Shown here piece after piece: positions 40,073 through 49,676 of a stretch of DNA of 64,000 bases (its first letter is position 1; each line of letters starts with the position of its first letter). This stretch comes from Alphaproteobacteria bacterium (lineage in GTDB: Bacteria; Pseudomonadota; Alphaproteobacteria; SP197), in assembly GCA_964291265.2 (NCBI GenBank), contig OZ219747.1, forward strand, positions 1,824,001-1,888,000, given 5' to 3'. A program made the translations under genes and the position numbers. The notes under the pieces are model-generated. The model worked only from the letters and a program-made list of their open reading frames with translations, was not told the DNA's origin and did no database searches.

Positions 40073-42082
40073 TCATGTGCCGGGCGTGTTCATGTGGCCT
40101 GGCAGGTGGCCGATCACGACCTGCCGCGTCGCCTCGTCCCAGGAGAAGTAGAGCCGGAAGCAACGCTTCGGATCACGCGTGCCGGATCTGTTCTTGATGT
40201 GGCGGTCGAGTGTCAGCCGGCGCCGGTCCCACTCAATGACGAAATCGTCGCGCGCCTTGCCCTGCTGACCGGGGCGAAGGCTCGGTGTCTCCAGGAGCCG
40301 GAGGTCGCGCAGCGTGTTCTCGAAGGTGTCACGCAGCTCCAGGCTTCCCCCGGTCTTGATTCCCCAGTAGGTCGTGGCGAGCATGTGGATCGCCTTGCCG
40401 ACAAGCCCGACATCCTCGAACTCGGCCCCCTTGAGCGCCCTCACTGCGCGGCCTGAGAGCGCAACCCGTCCGGCGAAGTGGGCCGCCGTCCAGTCGGGCA
40501 GTTCCTCGTAGCTCCCGAGGGGAGGAACAGTCCCTTCCTCCGTCGAGCCGCAGCGCCCTCCCCCTTCCAGGGCGGCGAGGCGTTCGAGTAGTCGGTACCT
40601 TTCGCTGCGCAAGCCGTCATTCTCCTCCTTGACGTCGTCAAGCGTCGCCTGCAGTACCGCCAACCTCTCGTCGTCCGCCTGGCGAGCCGCCTTCAGAGCG
40701 TCGATCTCGGCGTTCAGCTCACGCACCCTGGCGCGCGATCCGGGGACAGGTGGCAGTTCGTCCCAGGCATCGTGATCGGTCCAGTACCCGTACTGTAACG
40801 CCATCGCTGTGAGGGCTGCGGCAATCCGATCGAGTATGTCTGATGCGGGCGCGATTGACCGTGGGTTGTCGCGTTCGGCAGCCATCGCCGTGTGCAGGGC
40901 TTCGCGGTTTGCAGCGCTCGGATCCTCTGCATAGCGGCGCGACGCCTCGCGCAGGGCGAGTTCCTGTTCAACAGGACCGACCAGTGCCGCGCGAAATGCC
41001 TCCGCCAGTTCCTCGCAGCGTTTCCACTCGGGCTCCGTGAAGACAAGCGGCACCGGTCCGTCCTTCGCGATCTTCGCTATCGAATCTGTCAACCGCGCAG
41101 TGTCGCCGTCCAGCGCCTCAGGCATGGCGTTCATCGCCTGTTCGAGTCTTGCGCACACCGCCGCGTGACGGCAGCGTGCCGAGGCGCTGTCTCGCGCATC
41201 GGTGATCCTCAGGATGTCGCGATCGAGGAGTTCGACCTTGAGGAGGTGCGATGAAAGATCCTTCAGCGCCGGGCGATAGTGGTCGTGATCGGCCACCAAC
41301 TCCCTCAACCTGCTCCAGTGGCTGGACGCGTCCTTGTGGAGCTCGAGGCACTCTGCACCGGCGCGTGCGATCAGTTTCTCCAGATGCGGTCCCACCGTCT
41401 CGCGCTTCAGTCTTTCCACCAGGTGGCCGAGGTCGGGGCGCGGAAGGTACTGGGCGCGGTGAATCGCATCCCCGATCAGATCGTCGATGATCGGATCTTC
41501 CACCCATTCGGACATCATGTGACTGCTGATCGCGTCCTGCAGGCAGGACATGGCCCAGACCACCTGGGCGACCAGGAGATGCTCTCCTTCCCCCCACAGC
41601 GTCTCGAGGTCGTCGAACAGTTCGGGCTCCGCCTCGGCTCGGGCCAGCGGGTGCAATTCACGTGCCCTGTCGCCGGCTGCAGCCAGGAGTCTCGAGACGA
41701 GCTGTTTCTTCCTTCCCTTGACAGGACCGAAGAGCTTGAGGATCCGGTCTTCGAACACCCAGAGGAACCAGGTCCAGTGTTCCGCCTGATCGTGCACCGC
41801 GCGCCAGAACGCCGCCGCATCGCTTCCATCCGCCGTCCAGTCGGGGTACTCATCCGTCAGCACCACCGCCAGCTTGCGCAGATCGGCCTTCATCAGATGA
41901 TGATTGTCCCGAAGCCAGTCGGGTGTTGCGAACCCTGGCAACACGCAGGGCAGGTATTCATGCCCGGACTCGAACGGGAGAGTGGGGTTGGTCAATTCGT
42001 TGATCGTCTTCTCCTCCCCTGCATCCGCCGACTCGCCAACCTGCGATGACGGATTCAACGGCCGCCGACAGGATGGAAACAA
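40073..42082 (-). CDS. Large helical/coiled-coil protein with a C-terminal RelE-like domain (start uncertain)
   Basis: Long clean ORF; heptad stretch VRELNAEIDALK...LLERLAALE; tail LDRHIK...RDPKRCFRLYFSWD...VVIGHLPGH. Confidence 0.7.
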   Translation of the reverse strand: MFPSCRRPLNPSSQVGESADAGEEKTINELTNPTLPFESGHEYLPCVLPGFATPDWLRDNHHLMKADLRKLAVVLTDEYPDWTADGSDAAAFWRAVHDQAEHWTWFLWVFEDRILKLFGPVKGRKKQLVSRLLAAAGDRARELHPLARAEAEPELFDDLETLWGEGEHLLVAQVVWAMSCLQDAISSHMMSEWVEDPIIDDLIGDAIHRAQYLPRPDLGHLVERLKRETVGPHLEKLIARAGAECLELHKDASSHWSRLRELVADHDHYRPALKDLSSHLLKVELLDRDILRITDARDSASARCRHAAVCARLEQAMNAMPEALDGDTARLTDSIAKIAKDGPVPLVFTEPEWKRCEELAEAFRAALVGPVEQELALREASRRYAEDPSAANREALHTAMAAERDNPRSIAPASDILDRIAAALTAMALQYGYWTDHDAWDELPPVPGSRARVRELNAEIDALKAARQADDERLAVLQATLDDVKEENDGLRSERYRLLERLAALEGGGRCGSTEEGTVPPLGSYEELPDWTAAHFAGRVALSGRAVRALKGAEFEDVGLVGKAIHMLATTYWGIKTGGSLELRDTFENTLRDLRLLETPSLRPGQQGKARDDFVIEWDRRRLTLDRHIKNRSGTRDPKRCFRLYFSWDEATRQVVIGHLPGHMNTPGT

Positions 42083-42781
42083 CTCCCCACCGGTTCAAGC
42101 CATGCAACCCGGCTTTGTGAACATCCTTGTCGCGCCATCATCGCGCATGCGGCACAACGAAGACTGTTGCTTCGGGATCGAGGTCTCCCTGCGGGCCCGT
42201 CAACCGGCGGTCAAGGAGTATCATCAGGGGAAGAACTCGACAGGATCCAAACGGTCGCCGGTGTGCGCTGTGTCGATCTGGCCAGGGCCCTTGTTGTCTC
42301 ACGGCCCACCGTCGACCGTGCGGTGAAGTTCCTGCAGGCCAGGGGCAGGTGTTTGCGCGATTTTTGACGTGGATTCCGTCGGTTCTGCTTGAATTGTCTG
42401 CTGGTCTGGGGTGATTGCCCCTCGACCGACCTGCAAGAAGTCGGCCGAGGGGCTTGTCTCCGTGACAGTGAGATCAGCGGAGGCCAGTCAATGTCGCACG
42501 TTTCCTTCCCGGGTCCCATGCTTTCCTGCGCCCATGTCTGGCCTCTCCTTGAGAGGATTGACGTGGCCGAGGCCGACCGCTGCCGCCTGGAGGGATGCCC
42601 GCATGGCGGCGGTCGCCGCGGTATCCGCGCGAGCCGCACGCGCTTGCCCTTCGCGGCGACATCCGCCGCTTCAGCTTCTGCTGTGCTGAGTGCAGGTGCC
42701 GGACGACTCCGCCTGTTGATGGTTGCATAGAACGGCGGGATTTCGGCGATTCGCCGCGCTTTGTCAGGGTCGTGTTTCTTC

Positions 42782-42873
42782 CCTGTTGTCAGGTCCTATT
42801 GTCACGTCCTGTTGTCGTGGGTTCAGTGTTCGGTTGATTGTCTCCCCGAGCGCCGCCGTCTTTTCCTATTGTC
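42782..42873. repeat. CCT(G/A)TTGTC x4; three in 13-bp tandem period
   Basis: Copies at 42782, 42795, 42808 and 42865 in a T-rich non-coding tract. Confidence 0.65.
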
Positions 42874-43006
42874 GTTTTGGTCCGGTTCGGGTTCCGCTGA
42901 TCCGGAAACTGCGCTTCTGACATCCCTTCTCGGCGCCACCAGACCGGAACCATCAATCCACTTTCCGTGATGACTCGGCGAAATCAGACCTGGGCAGTTA
43001 CCGCGT

Positions 43007-44098
43007 TCAGGAGAGGAGAACGACGGAGCGCCTTGACCAGTTCAGCCACATCTCTCCGTCGCGTGGGCCAACCTCGGCGGCGTCGCTGTCCAGGTTGGGC
43101 ACCGACACGATGAAGGGCGCCTCAATTCCCTCGACCTTCACGAAGTGATGACTGCGGTCGCCGAGGTAGGCCGTGGAGTCGATGACGCCCTTGACGGTGT
43201 TGCCGCTGTCAGGCCTGATCGTGTGAAGCGAGATCTTCTCCGGCCGTACTGCCGCGGTGCACCGTGCGCCGGATTCGGGGTGGGGGTCCCGTCTGTGGGC
43301 CTCGATGATCCCGGCAGCCCCGGCATCGATTGCCAGCGTGTCGCCCCTGACTTCGAGCACCCGGGCGTCGAGGAAGTTCATGGTGCCGATGAATTCCGCG
43401 ACCTCTCGGTCGCGCGGTGTCTCGTAGAGCCTGGTCGGGGAGTCGATCTGCAGGTGGCGCCCCTTCGACATGACGGCGACGCGGTCCGACATGGTGAGCG
43501 CTTCCTCCTGATCGTGGGTCACGAACACGAATGTGATGCCGACCGAGCGCTGCAGGTCCCTCAGTTCCAGCTGCATGTTTTCCCGCAGCTTCTTGTCGAG
43601 GGCGCCGAGCGGCTCGTCGAGCAGGAGAACCTTGGGTTGACGGATCAGCGCCCGGGCCAGGGCCACGCGCTGTCGTTCGCCGCCCGACAGTTCGTGCGAG
43701 GCACGGTTCTGGTATCCGGGAAGCTTGATGAGGTCGAGCATCTCCTCGACGCGTTCATTGACGCGGGCCCGGGGCAGTCGTGCCTCGAGAAGGCCATAGG
43801 CGATGTTCTTTTTCACCGTCAGGTGAGGGAAGATGGCGTAGTTCTGGAACACGATGTTGACGGGTCGATGGTTGGGTGCAACCGCCGCCATCGCCTGCCC
43901 GTCGATGTGGACTTCCCCAGATGTCGGGAACTCGAAGCCGGCGAGAATGCGCAGCAGCGTGCTCTTCCCGCACCCCGACGAACCGAGCAGGGAAAAGAAC
44001 TCACCCCGACGAATGTCGATGCTGACCTGGTCCACGGCCAGGATGCTGCCGAATCTCTTGGAGACATTCCGTATGGAAATGAAGGAGGTATCGTTCAT
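43007..44098 (-). CDS. potA: Polyamine-type ABC transporter ATP-binding protein
   Basis: GSSGCGKS, LSGGERQR, DEPLGALDKKLRE, C-terminal TOBE. Confidence 0.85.
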   Translation of the reverse strand: MNDTSFISIRNVSKRFGSILAVDQVSIDIRRGEFFSLLGSSGCGKSTLLRILAGFEFPTSGEVHIDGQAMAAVAPNHRPVNIVFQNYAIFPHLTVKKNIAYGLLEARLPRARVNERVEEMLDLIKLPGYQNRASHELSGGERQRVALARALIRQPKVLLLDEPLGALDKKLRENMQLELRDLQRSVGITFVFVTHDQEEALTMSDRVAVMSKGRHLQIDSPTRLYETPRDREVAEFIGTMNFLDARVLEVRGDTLAIDAGAAGIIEAHRRDPHPESGARCTAAVRPEKISLHTIRPDSGNTVKGVIDSTAYLGDRSHHFVKVEGIEAPFIVSVPNLDSDAAEVGPRDGEMWLNWSRRSVVLLS

Positions 44099-44144
44099 CA
44101 GGCAAAGCTCCCGGAGTGCCCGTCATGGTGGCCGGATCCCGTCA

Positions 44145-45899
44145 TCATCGGAACCCGTCCGCCGGTGTCACGACGTGTCTGTCTCCCGACCGCCTGAAAA
44201 ACTCGGCGGTGACGATGAGAATGATGGACACCATGAAGATGAGGGCGCCCAGGGCCAGAACACTTGGCAGCGTCTGCGGGAAACGAACCTGCGTCCATAT
44301 GAAGACAGGCAGGGTGACCTGGTTGCCTCCCAGGAAGAAGGCGAAGAGAAACTCGTCGAAGGACGCGGTGAAGGTAAGCAGGAACGAGGCGACGACGGCC
44401 GGCAGGATGAGCGGGAACGTGACACGCCAGAAGGTCATGAAACCGCCGACACCGAGATCTCGCGAAGCTTCCTCGATGTTCCTGGAGAAGCCCTCGAGAC
44501 GTGCCATCACGACAAGGGTGGCAAAGGGGAGCGTGGTCACGACATGGGCGACCCCGACCGCCCACAAAGAAAGGGGCATCCCCACGGCAAGAGCAAGAAC
44601 CAGGAGACCGACCGCCAGAATGATGCCGGGCATCACCATCGGAATGAGGATGAAGCCGATGGCCACCCCCCTGCCGGGCATTCGGTACCGGGTCAGCGCC
44701 TTGCCGGCAAGGATCGCCAGGACGGTCGTCGTGGCAGCGACCGGCAGGGCGACTTTCAGGCTGTTGAAGAGGGCGCCCTGCAGGCCGGCATGATCGGCCA
44801 GTGCGGCATACCACTTGAACGTAAAGTCCTTGAGCGGCAGCACCATCTGGATGCTGTCATTGAAGGAAAAGACCGGCAGCATCGCGGAGGGGATGTAGAG
44901 AAACGCCAGGTAGAGGATGACGTAGAGAAGCAGCCAGTCGATCCCGCGCCCGGTGCGGTCGACAGGCCGGGGTGCCGTCGTGATTTCCATGTCCCGCGCT
45001 CTCACCGTACCCAGACGGGCGAACCAGATGATGGTGCAGACGATGGCCGTGATCGAGATCATGATGATGATCGTCAGCGCCGCTCCCAGGGGCCAGTTGT
45101 TGGCGGCACCGAACTGGGCGGCGACAATCTGGCCTATCATGACACCCTTGGGTCCACCCACCATGACGGGCGTGATGTAGTCTCCGACCGTGGGGATGAA
45201 CTCGATGACGGCCGCGGCAATCACTCCAGGCATGGAAAGCGGCAGGGTGATGCGCAGGAAGCGCTTCACGGGTCCGTCACCCAGGTCGGCGGCTGCCTCC
45301 AGGAGCGACCGATCGATCTTCTGTAGCGACACGTAAATCGGCAGGATGGCGAAGGCCGCCCATGCATGGGCGAGGGTCAGCACCACGGCAAAGCGACTGT
45401 AGAGAAGGTACTCCAGGGGCTCCTCGATGAAGCCAAGTCCCTCCAGGGTGCCGTTGATCACGCCGTTGTTGCCCAGCATGATCTTCCAGGCGAGAACGCG
45501 CAGCAGGTAGCTTGTGACGAACGGAATGTTGATCAGGATGAGCCAGGTCATCTTGTTCCTCGTCACCCTGAAGGCGAGGAAGTAGGCCACCGGGTAGGCG
45601 AGCAGGATGGTGATGACCGTTACGGTGGCGGACATCCTGATCGATCGCAGGAGCAGCTTTCCGTAGATCCACTTGTCGAAGAACGTCTCGTAGTTCTTCA
45701 GCGTGAAGGACTGGTCGACGTAGACGTAGGTCTGTGACCAGAAACTGTAGGTCACGAGCGTGAAGATCGGCAGTGCCAGCAGGCAGAACATGGTGAGAAT
45801 GGCAGGGGACAGCAGCGTGTAGCCGCGCAACCATTCGAATCGCAGGAAACTGGCCCTTGTCCAGGCGGTCCAGCCCGCGATGACATCACGTGACGTCAT
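44145..45899 (-). CDS. Fused PotB-PotC ABC permease
   Basis: Two permease domains with EAA loops (LLEAAADLG; IEEASRDLG) in one 584-aa ORF. Confidence 0.88.
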   Translation of the reverse strand: MTSRDVIAGWTAWTRASFLRFEWLRGYTLLSPAILTMFCLLALPIFTLVTYSFWSQTYVYVDQSFTLKNYETFFDKWIYGKLLLRSIRMSATVTVITILLAYPVAYFLAFRVTRNKMTWLILINIPFVTSYLLRVLAWKIMLGNNGVINGTLEGLGFIEEPLEYLLYSRFAVVLTLAHAWAAFAILPIYVSLQKIDRSLLEAAADLGDGPVKRFLRITLPLSMPGVIAAAVIEFIPTVGDYITPVMVGGPKGVMIGQIVAAQFGAANNWPLGAALTIIIMISITAIVCTIIWFARLGTVRARDMEITTAPRPVDRTGRGIDWLLLYVILYLAFLYIPSAMLPVFSFNDSIQMVLPLKDFTFKWYAALADHAGLQGALFNSLKVALPVAATTTVLAILAGKALTRYRMPGRGVAIGFILIPMVMPGIILAVGLLVLALAVGMPLSLWAVGVAHVVTTLPFATLVVMARLEGFSRNIEEASRDLGVGGFMTFWRVTFPLILPAVVASFLLTFTASFDEFLFAFFLGGNQVTLPVFIWTQVRFPQTLPSVLALGALIFMVSIILIVTAEFFRRSGDRHVVTPADGFR

Positions 45900-45917
45900 G
45901 ACCGCCGAAGTATCGCC

Positions 45918-47201
45918 CTACCACTCGCGCCGGCTTTGCCAGCGGTAACCGGCAAGACGGGCCTCAACGCCCAGTGCCAGAAACGGTTGGGCGGGCAGCC
46001 TGGCGGGACCGCTGAGCGCTGCCGCGTCATCGATAAGGGATGATTCGCCGCCTAGGGCATGCTCGGCAACGAGCTTGCCGGAAATCGTGCCCCTCGCCAG
46101 GCCCACGCCGCAGTAGCCCAGGGAAACGAAGAGACCCGGCTCCAGGCGGCCGAAATGCGTCGCCCAGTCCCGCGTCATGCAGAAGACCCCGGCCCACGTG
46201 TGTTCGAAGTCGAGGGGCGCGAGCATGGGAAAGCGATCGGTGACCCCCTTCCTGTGCGATGCCAGGAGAGACTTGCGGCGCTTCGCCCCAAGACGGAAGT
46301 CTCCGGCATAGTAGGTGCCGAAACGCGCAAGGATGCGGTTGGACGGGGTGCGGCGCAGGGTTGCGGTCCCGGTGATTCCCCAGGCGCGATGCCCGGTCAT
46401 GGCCGCATCCTCCTCGTCGTTGAGAGGACGCGACAAGCTGGCACAGGCGATCATGGGAAACACCTCGCCTTTCAGGAGGCCGAGCCGGGTTATGAAGGCG
46501 TTCGTCGTCAGGAGCACGTTGGGTGTGTCGATACGTCCATCGTCATGAACCACTGACCGGGTCCTGCCGGAGGTGATGCGCCGCACGCAAGTTTCTTCGA
46601 AGACGTCGACGTTCTCCGGCAGTGATTGGCCGAGTCCCCGGCACATGGCCGCCGGATTGACCGTCACGGTGCGGGGCGTGAGAACGGCCGCATGGTAGCA
46701 ATGTGTGCCGACCACGTCGGCAAGCGCGTCGCCTTCCAGCCATTCGTATGTTTCGCCAATGCTCTCCAGCATGGCCACGGTTGCATGGAGGCCGCCGACC
46801 CGCGACTCGTCGACCACGGCTGTCAGGTGACCATGAGGTGTCCATTCGCAGTCGATTTCGTTCTCCCTCACCTGGAGCTCCAACTCGGCCAGTCCCGCCA
46901 GAACCAGGCGGGATATCCGTAGGTTGGTGGCATGGTCGAACTGTTCCGTAAGGTGCGGTGTATCGATGATGAAACCGGCGTTGCGGCCGGATGAACCATA
47001 GCCGATGCGATATTCCTCGATCAGGACGATTCGACTGTCCGGAAGCAGTTCGCCAAGCCGGCGGGCTGCTGCAAGTCCCGTGACTCCGCCGCCGACGACA
47101 ACCCAGTCCGCGACCTCAGCTCCTGTCAGGCGCCGTGCGGGTGCCGACGGTGGCAGGATGGCGTACCAACCCGGAGCATGCTCCCGCTCAGTTGTCGCCA
47201 T
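45918..47201 (-). CDS. FAD-dependent oxidoreductase (PuuB/OrdL-like DAO family)
   Basis: VVGGGVTGL, GSSGRNAGF, GYCGVGLARGT. Confidence 0.88.
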   Translation of the reverse strand: MATTEREHAPGWYAILPPSAPARRLTGAEVADWVVVGGGVTGLAAARRLGELLPDSRIVLIEEYRIGYGSSGRNAGFIIDTPHLTEQFDHATNLRISRLVLAGLAELELQVRENEIDCEWTPHGHLTAVVDESRVGGLHATVAMLESIGETYEWLEGDALADVVGTHCYHAAVLTPRTVTVNPAAMCRGLGQSLPENVDVFEETCVRRITSGRTRSVVHDDGRIDTPNVLLTTNAFITRLGLLKGEVFPMIACASLSRPLNDEEDAAMTGHRAWGITGTATLRRTPSNRILARFGTYYAGDFRLGAKRRKSLLASHRKGVTDRFPMLAPLDFEHTWAGVFCMTRDWATHFGRLEPGLFVSLGYCGVGLARGTISGKLVAEHALGGESSLIDDAAALSGPARLPAQPFLALGVEARLAGYRWQSRREW

Positions 47202-47212
47202 GAAGGGTGCCC

Positions 47213-48067
47213 TCAATCCGACTGGAAGGGCAGGTGGCGAAGGCTCGACGACACGTCGTGCGGAGCAACAGCGACATAACGCGCCATGTTGTGCATGGAG
47301 GCGTCTCCGCCCATGCCGTACTCCGCATCGTAGCCATGGAGGTGATCGTCATCATCTTCCGTGCCAAGACCTCCGAGATTGCCGGCCAAAAACAGGATGC
47401 GGGTCTGCGCCTGGTCCGGATCGATCCTGTTGAAGGGATGCCAGTTTCCCATGACGGTCGTGCCGTGGCGCTTCTGTGCCGCATCGAGATAACGGCCGAG
47501 CGGTTCGACTCCTCCGGCCCTCACCACTAGGTTCGGTTCCTCACGCAGGCGCTCGAACGTTTCGTAACCCCGTTTCGACTGCCGCATTATGTCGAAATCC
47601 GATATGACACCGTACCGCATGGGCAGATCGGGGACTCCAGCCTTGAACTCCCGGAACGGATAGACCGGAATCTCAGTGCCGTCGGGAAGCCTGCCTTCGA
47701 GGATGTCCCGCACTTCGCGACTGGAGATCTTGGCAGCGTACTGACCGGTGAACCCTTCCGGATTGGTGCGGGCGGTGCTGGACCGGTACACCCTTTCAAA
47801 ACGTTCGGGCGACGCGAAGATGCCGCCTCCGTGCACGCCGACGACCACCCGGTTGCCCGCAGGCGTGGTCATCACGCTTTCCTCGGAATTCGAGGTGAAC
47901 CAGGTATTCCAGATGATGTTGTCATAGGACGCATGGGCGCGTGCATGCAGCAATTGAGGCATGGAGGCGACAAACCCGTCATCGCCCGCATGCTCAAGGG
48001 CCCGCCTGAGAGCATCGGGAACATGGGTTTCAAAGACGATGCCGGCTTCCATCCTGATTTCGGTCAT
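47213..48067 (-). CDS. Hypothetical protein within the polyamine-type operon
   Basis: Co-oriented ORF of ~284 aa, GGGGAG RBS, stop 11 nt before next start; no recognisable motif. Confidence 0.75.
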   Translation of the reverse strand: MTEIRMEAGIVFETHVPDALRRALEHAGDDGFVASMPQLLHARAHASYDNIIWNTWFTSNSEESVMTTPAGNRVVVGVHGGGIFASPERFERVYRSSTARTNPEGFTGQYAAKISSREVRDILEGRLPDGTEIPVYPFREFKAGVPDLPMRYGVISDFDIMRQSKRGYETFERLREEPNLVVRAGGVEPLGRYLDAAQKRHGTTVMGNWHPFNRIDPDQAQTRILFLAGNLGGLGTEDDDDHLHGYDAEYGMGGDASMHNMARYVAVAPHDVSSSLRHLPFQSD

Positions 48068-48116
48068 GATGGTGTCACTCCCCGACGGACACTGTTGACG
48101 AACGATCGACACAACG

Positions 48117-48154
48117 ATGCGCTCCTTGCCGGAAACCACCGGCAAGGAGCGCAT
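48117..48154. terminator. Perfect 16-bp hairpin downstream of the binding-protein gene (stabiliser/partial terminator)
   Basis: ATGCGCTCCTTGCCGG-aaacca-CCGGCAAGGAGCGCAT; no U-tract. Confidence 0.65.
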
Positions 48155-48166
48155 GTCAGGTGATCG

Positions 48167-49264
48167 CTACATTCCGGCCTGGGCTTCGTGCCACATCTCG
48201 ATGAGGCGCGCATCCTTCTCCGGGGGAACCTCGTCGAAGAAGACTCCCTTGGAGAGAAGGGCGACGGGGTCATCGAGCCCCTTGTCGCGCAGGACATCCG
48301 GGTCGATCAGATCGAACGTGTTGATGTTGGCGTGACCGTAGCCGTAGGTCTCGAACAGGGAGAGCCCTCCGACCGGATCGAGCATGGCGTTGATGTACTC
48401 GTAGGCCTGGTCTTCGGATCCCTCGCCATTGCTGCTCAGGCACAGTCCGCACATCCACGGCATGACCGGATCAACGATGACGACCGGGATGCCCTCCTCC
48501 TTCATGCGTCGTGAGGCACTGCCGTATATGTAGGAAATGCCGACGTCGCCGGCGACCCAGGCTTGCTCGAGCTGTGTGCTGTCGGTCCACACAAAGCGGG
48601 CATTGTCCAGCATCTTGCGGAAGATTTCCGGTGCCATCGCCATCTCATCCTCGGTGGGATCGAGTGGGTTGGCCCAGCGTCCGATGACGCCGGCCACCAA
48701 GGTGTTGACTCCCATCTGCGACGTCAGGGAGGTCTTGCCCTTGAATCGCGGGTCGACGAAGATATCGAAGGTCGGGTTGTCAACTTCGATGACCTCGGGA
48801 TTGTAGGCGACCTTGGAAAAGCCCCAGTCCCACGGACAAAAGAAGTATTCGCCTTCGATGCGAACACCCTTGACCTCAAGAAGATCCGGGATGATCTCGG
48901 GCCACCTCGGAATGCGGTCTGTCTCAAGGGCCTTGATGAGTCCCGCATCGCGGAATTTCTTCACCGAGGCGGTGCAGGGATGCACCAGGTCCACCCTGAA
49001 ACCGGCGCGCATCTTCTGGAAGGCGTCCTCGGTTTCCGAAAAGAACGTCACCTCGGGCTGTCCGCCATGCTTCGCATTGTACTCGGGGTGGAAGGACTCG
49101 TATTCGTAGCCGTTCCACTCCAGGAGGCTGAGGTCGACTTCAGCCCGCGCCTTGCCGGACACCAGGGACACGGTCACGAGGCCTGCCGAGGAAAGGACTC
49201 CGGCGGCCTCACGGCGGGTCAGGGCACCAGCGCGCAGCACCCTGGCGAACTCTTGCGGTTTCAT
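48167..49264 (-). CDS. Polyamine-type ABC substrate-binding protein (PotD/PotF family)
   Basis: Tat-like LTRR signal, LLEWNGYE, PWDWGF, AYEYINAMLDP. Confidence 0.88.
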   Translation of the reverse strand: MKPQEFARVLRAGALTRREAAGVLSSAGLVTVSLVSGKARAEVDLSLLEWNGYEYESFHPEYNAKHGGQPEVTFFSETEDAFQKMRAGFRVDLVHPCTASVKKFRDAGLIKALETDRIPRWPEIIPDLLEVKGVRIEGEYFFCPWDWGFSKVAYNPEVIEVDNPTFDIFVDPRFKGKTSLTSQMGVNTLVAGVIGRWANPLDPTEDEMAMAPEIFRKMLDNARFVWTDSTQLEQAWVAGDVGISYIYGSASRRMKEEGIPVVIVDPVMPWMCGLCLSSNGEGSEDQAYEYINAMLDPVGGLSLFETYGYGHANINTFDLIDPDVLRDKGLDDPVALLSKGVFFDEVPPEKDARLIEMWHEAQAGM

Positions 49265-49316
49265 GGAATTCTCCCTCATTGTCTTGTTGTTCGCGAATAG
49301 GGACCGGAGTTGTCCA

Positions 49317-49443
49317 GTCAGCGTTCGGTCACGATGCAGCGATCGAGGCATCATGGAACTGAGCGAATGCGGGTGAGACCCGGGATATGTGCGCAGTTGC
49401 CACCGTCACCCTCATTATCGTCACCCCTTGACCGAACGCCTAC
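49317..49443. mobile_element. IS66-related MITE copy 4 with 8-bp TSD
   Basis: GTCAGCGTTCGGTCA ... TGACCGAACGCCTAC flanked by GTTGTCCA / ATTGTCCA. Confidence 0.85.
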
Positions 49444-49676
49444 ATTGTCCAAACACTCGATTCCTCTTCGATCGTGCCTTGATCCGCCCCAGGATCGGGC
49501 GGTTCTCCTCATGGCCAGGGAGCAGTATAGGCACATGTTCCGGCGAATGACAGGCTGCACGAGCACGCCGAATCTCACCGGCCATCCTCGCAGAGGGGTG
49601 AGGAGCCCGGGGCGACGCGGGCTTTTCAAGCGGATGCGACCAGCGATACCATGCGCGGAACGGGGGAGTGAAGGCC

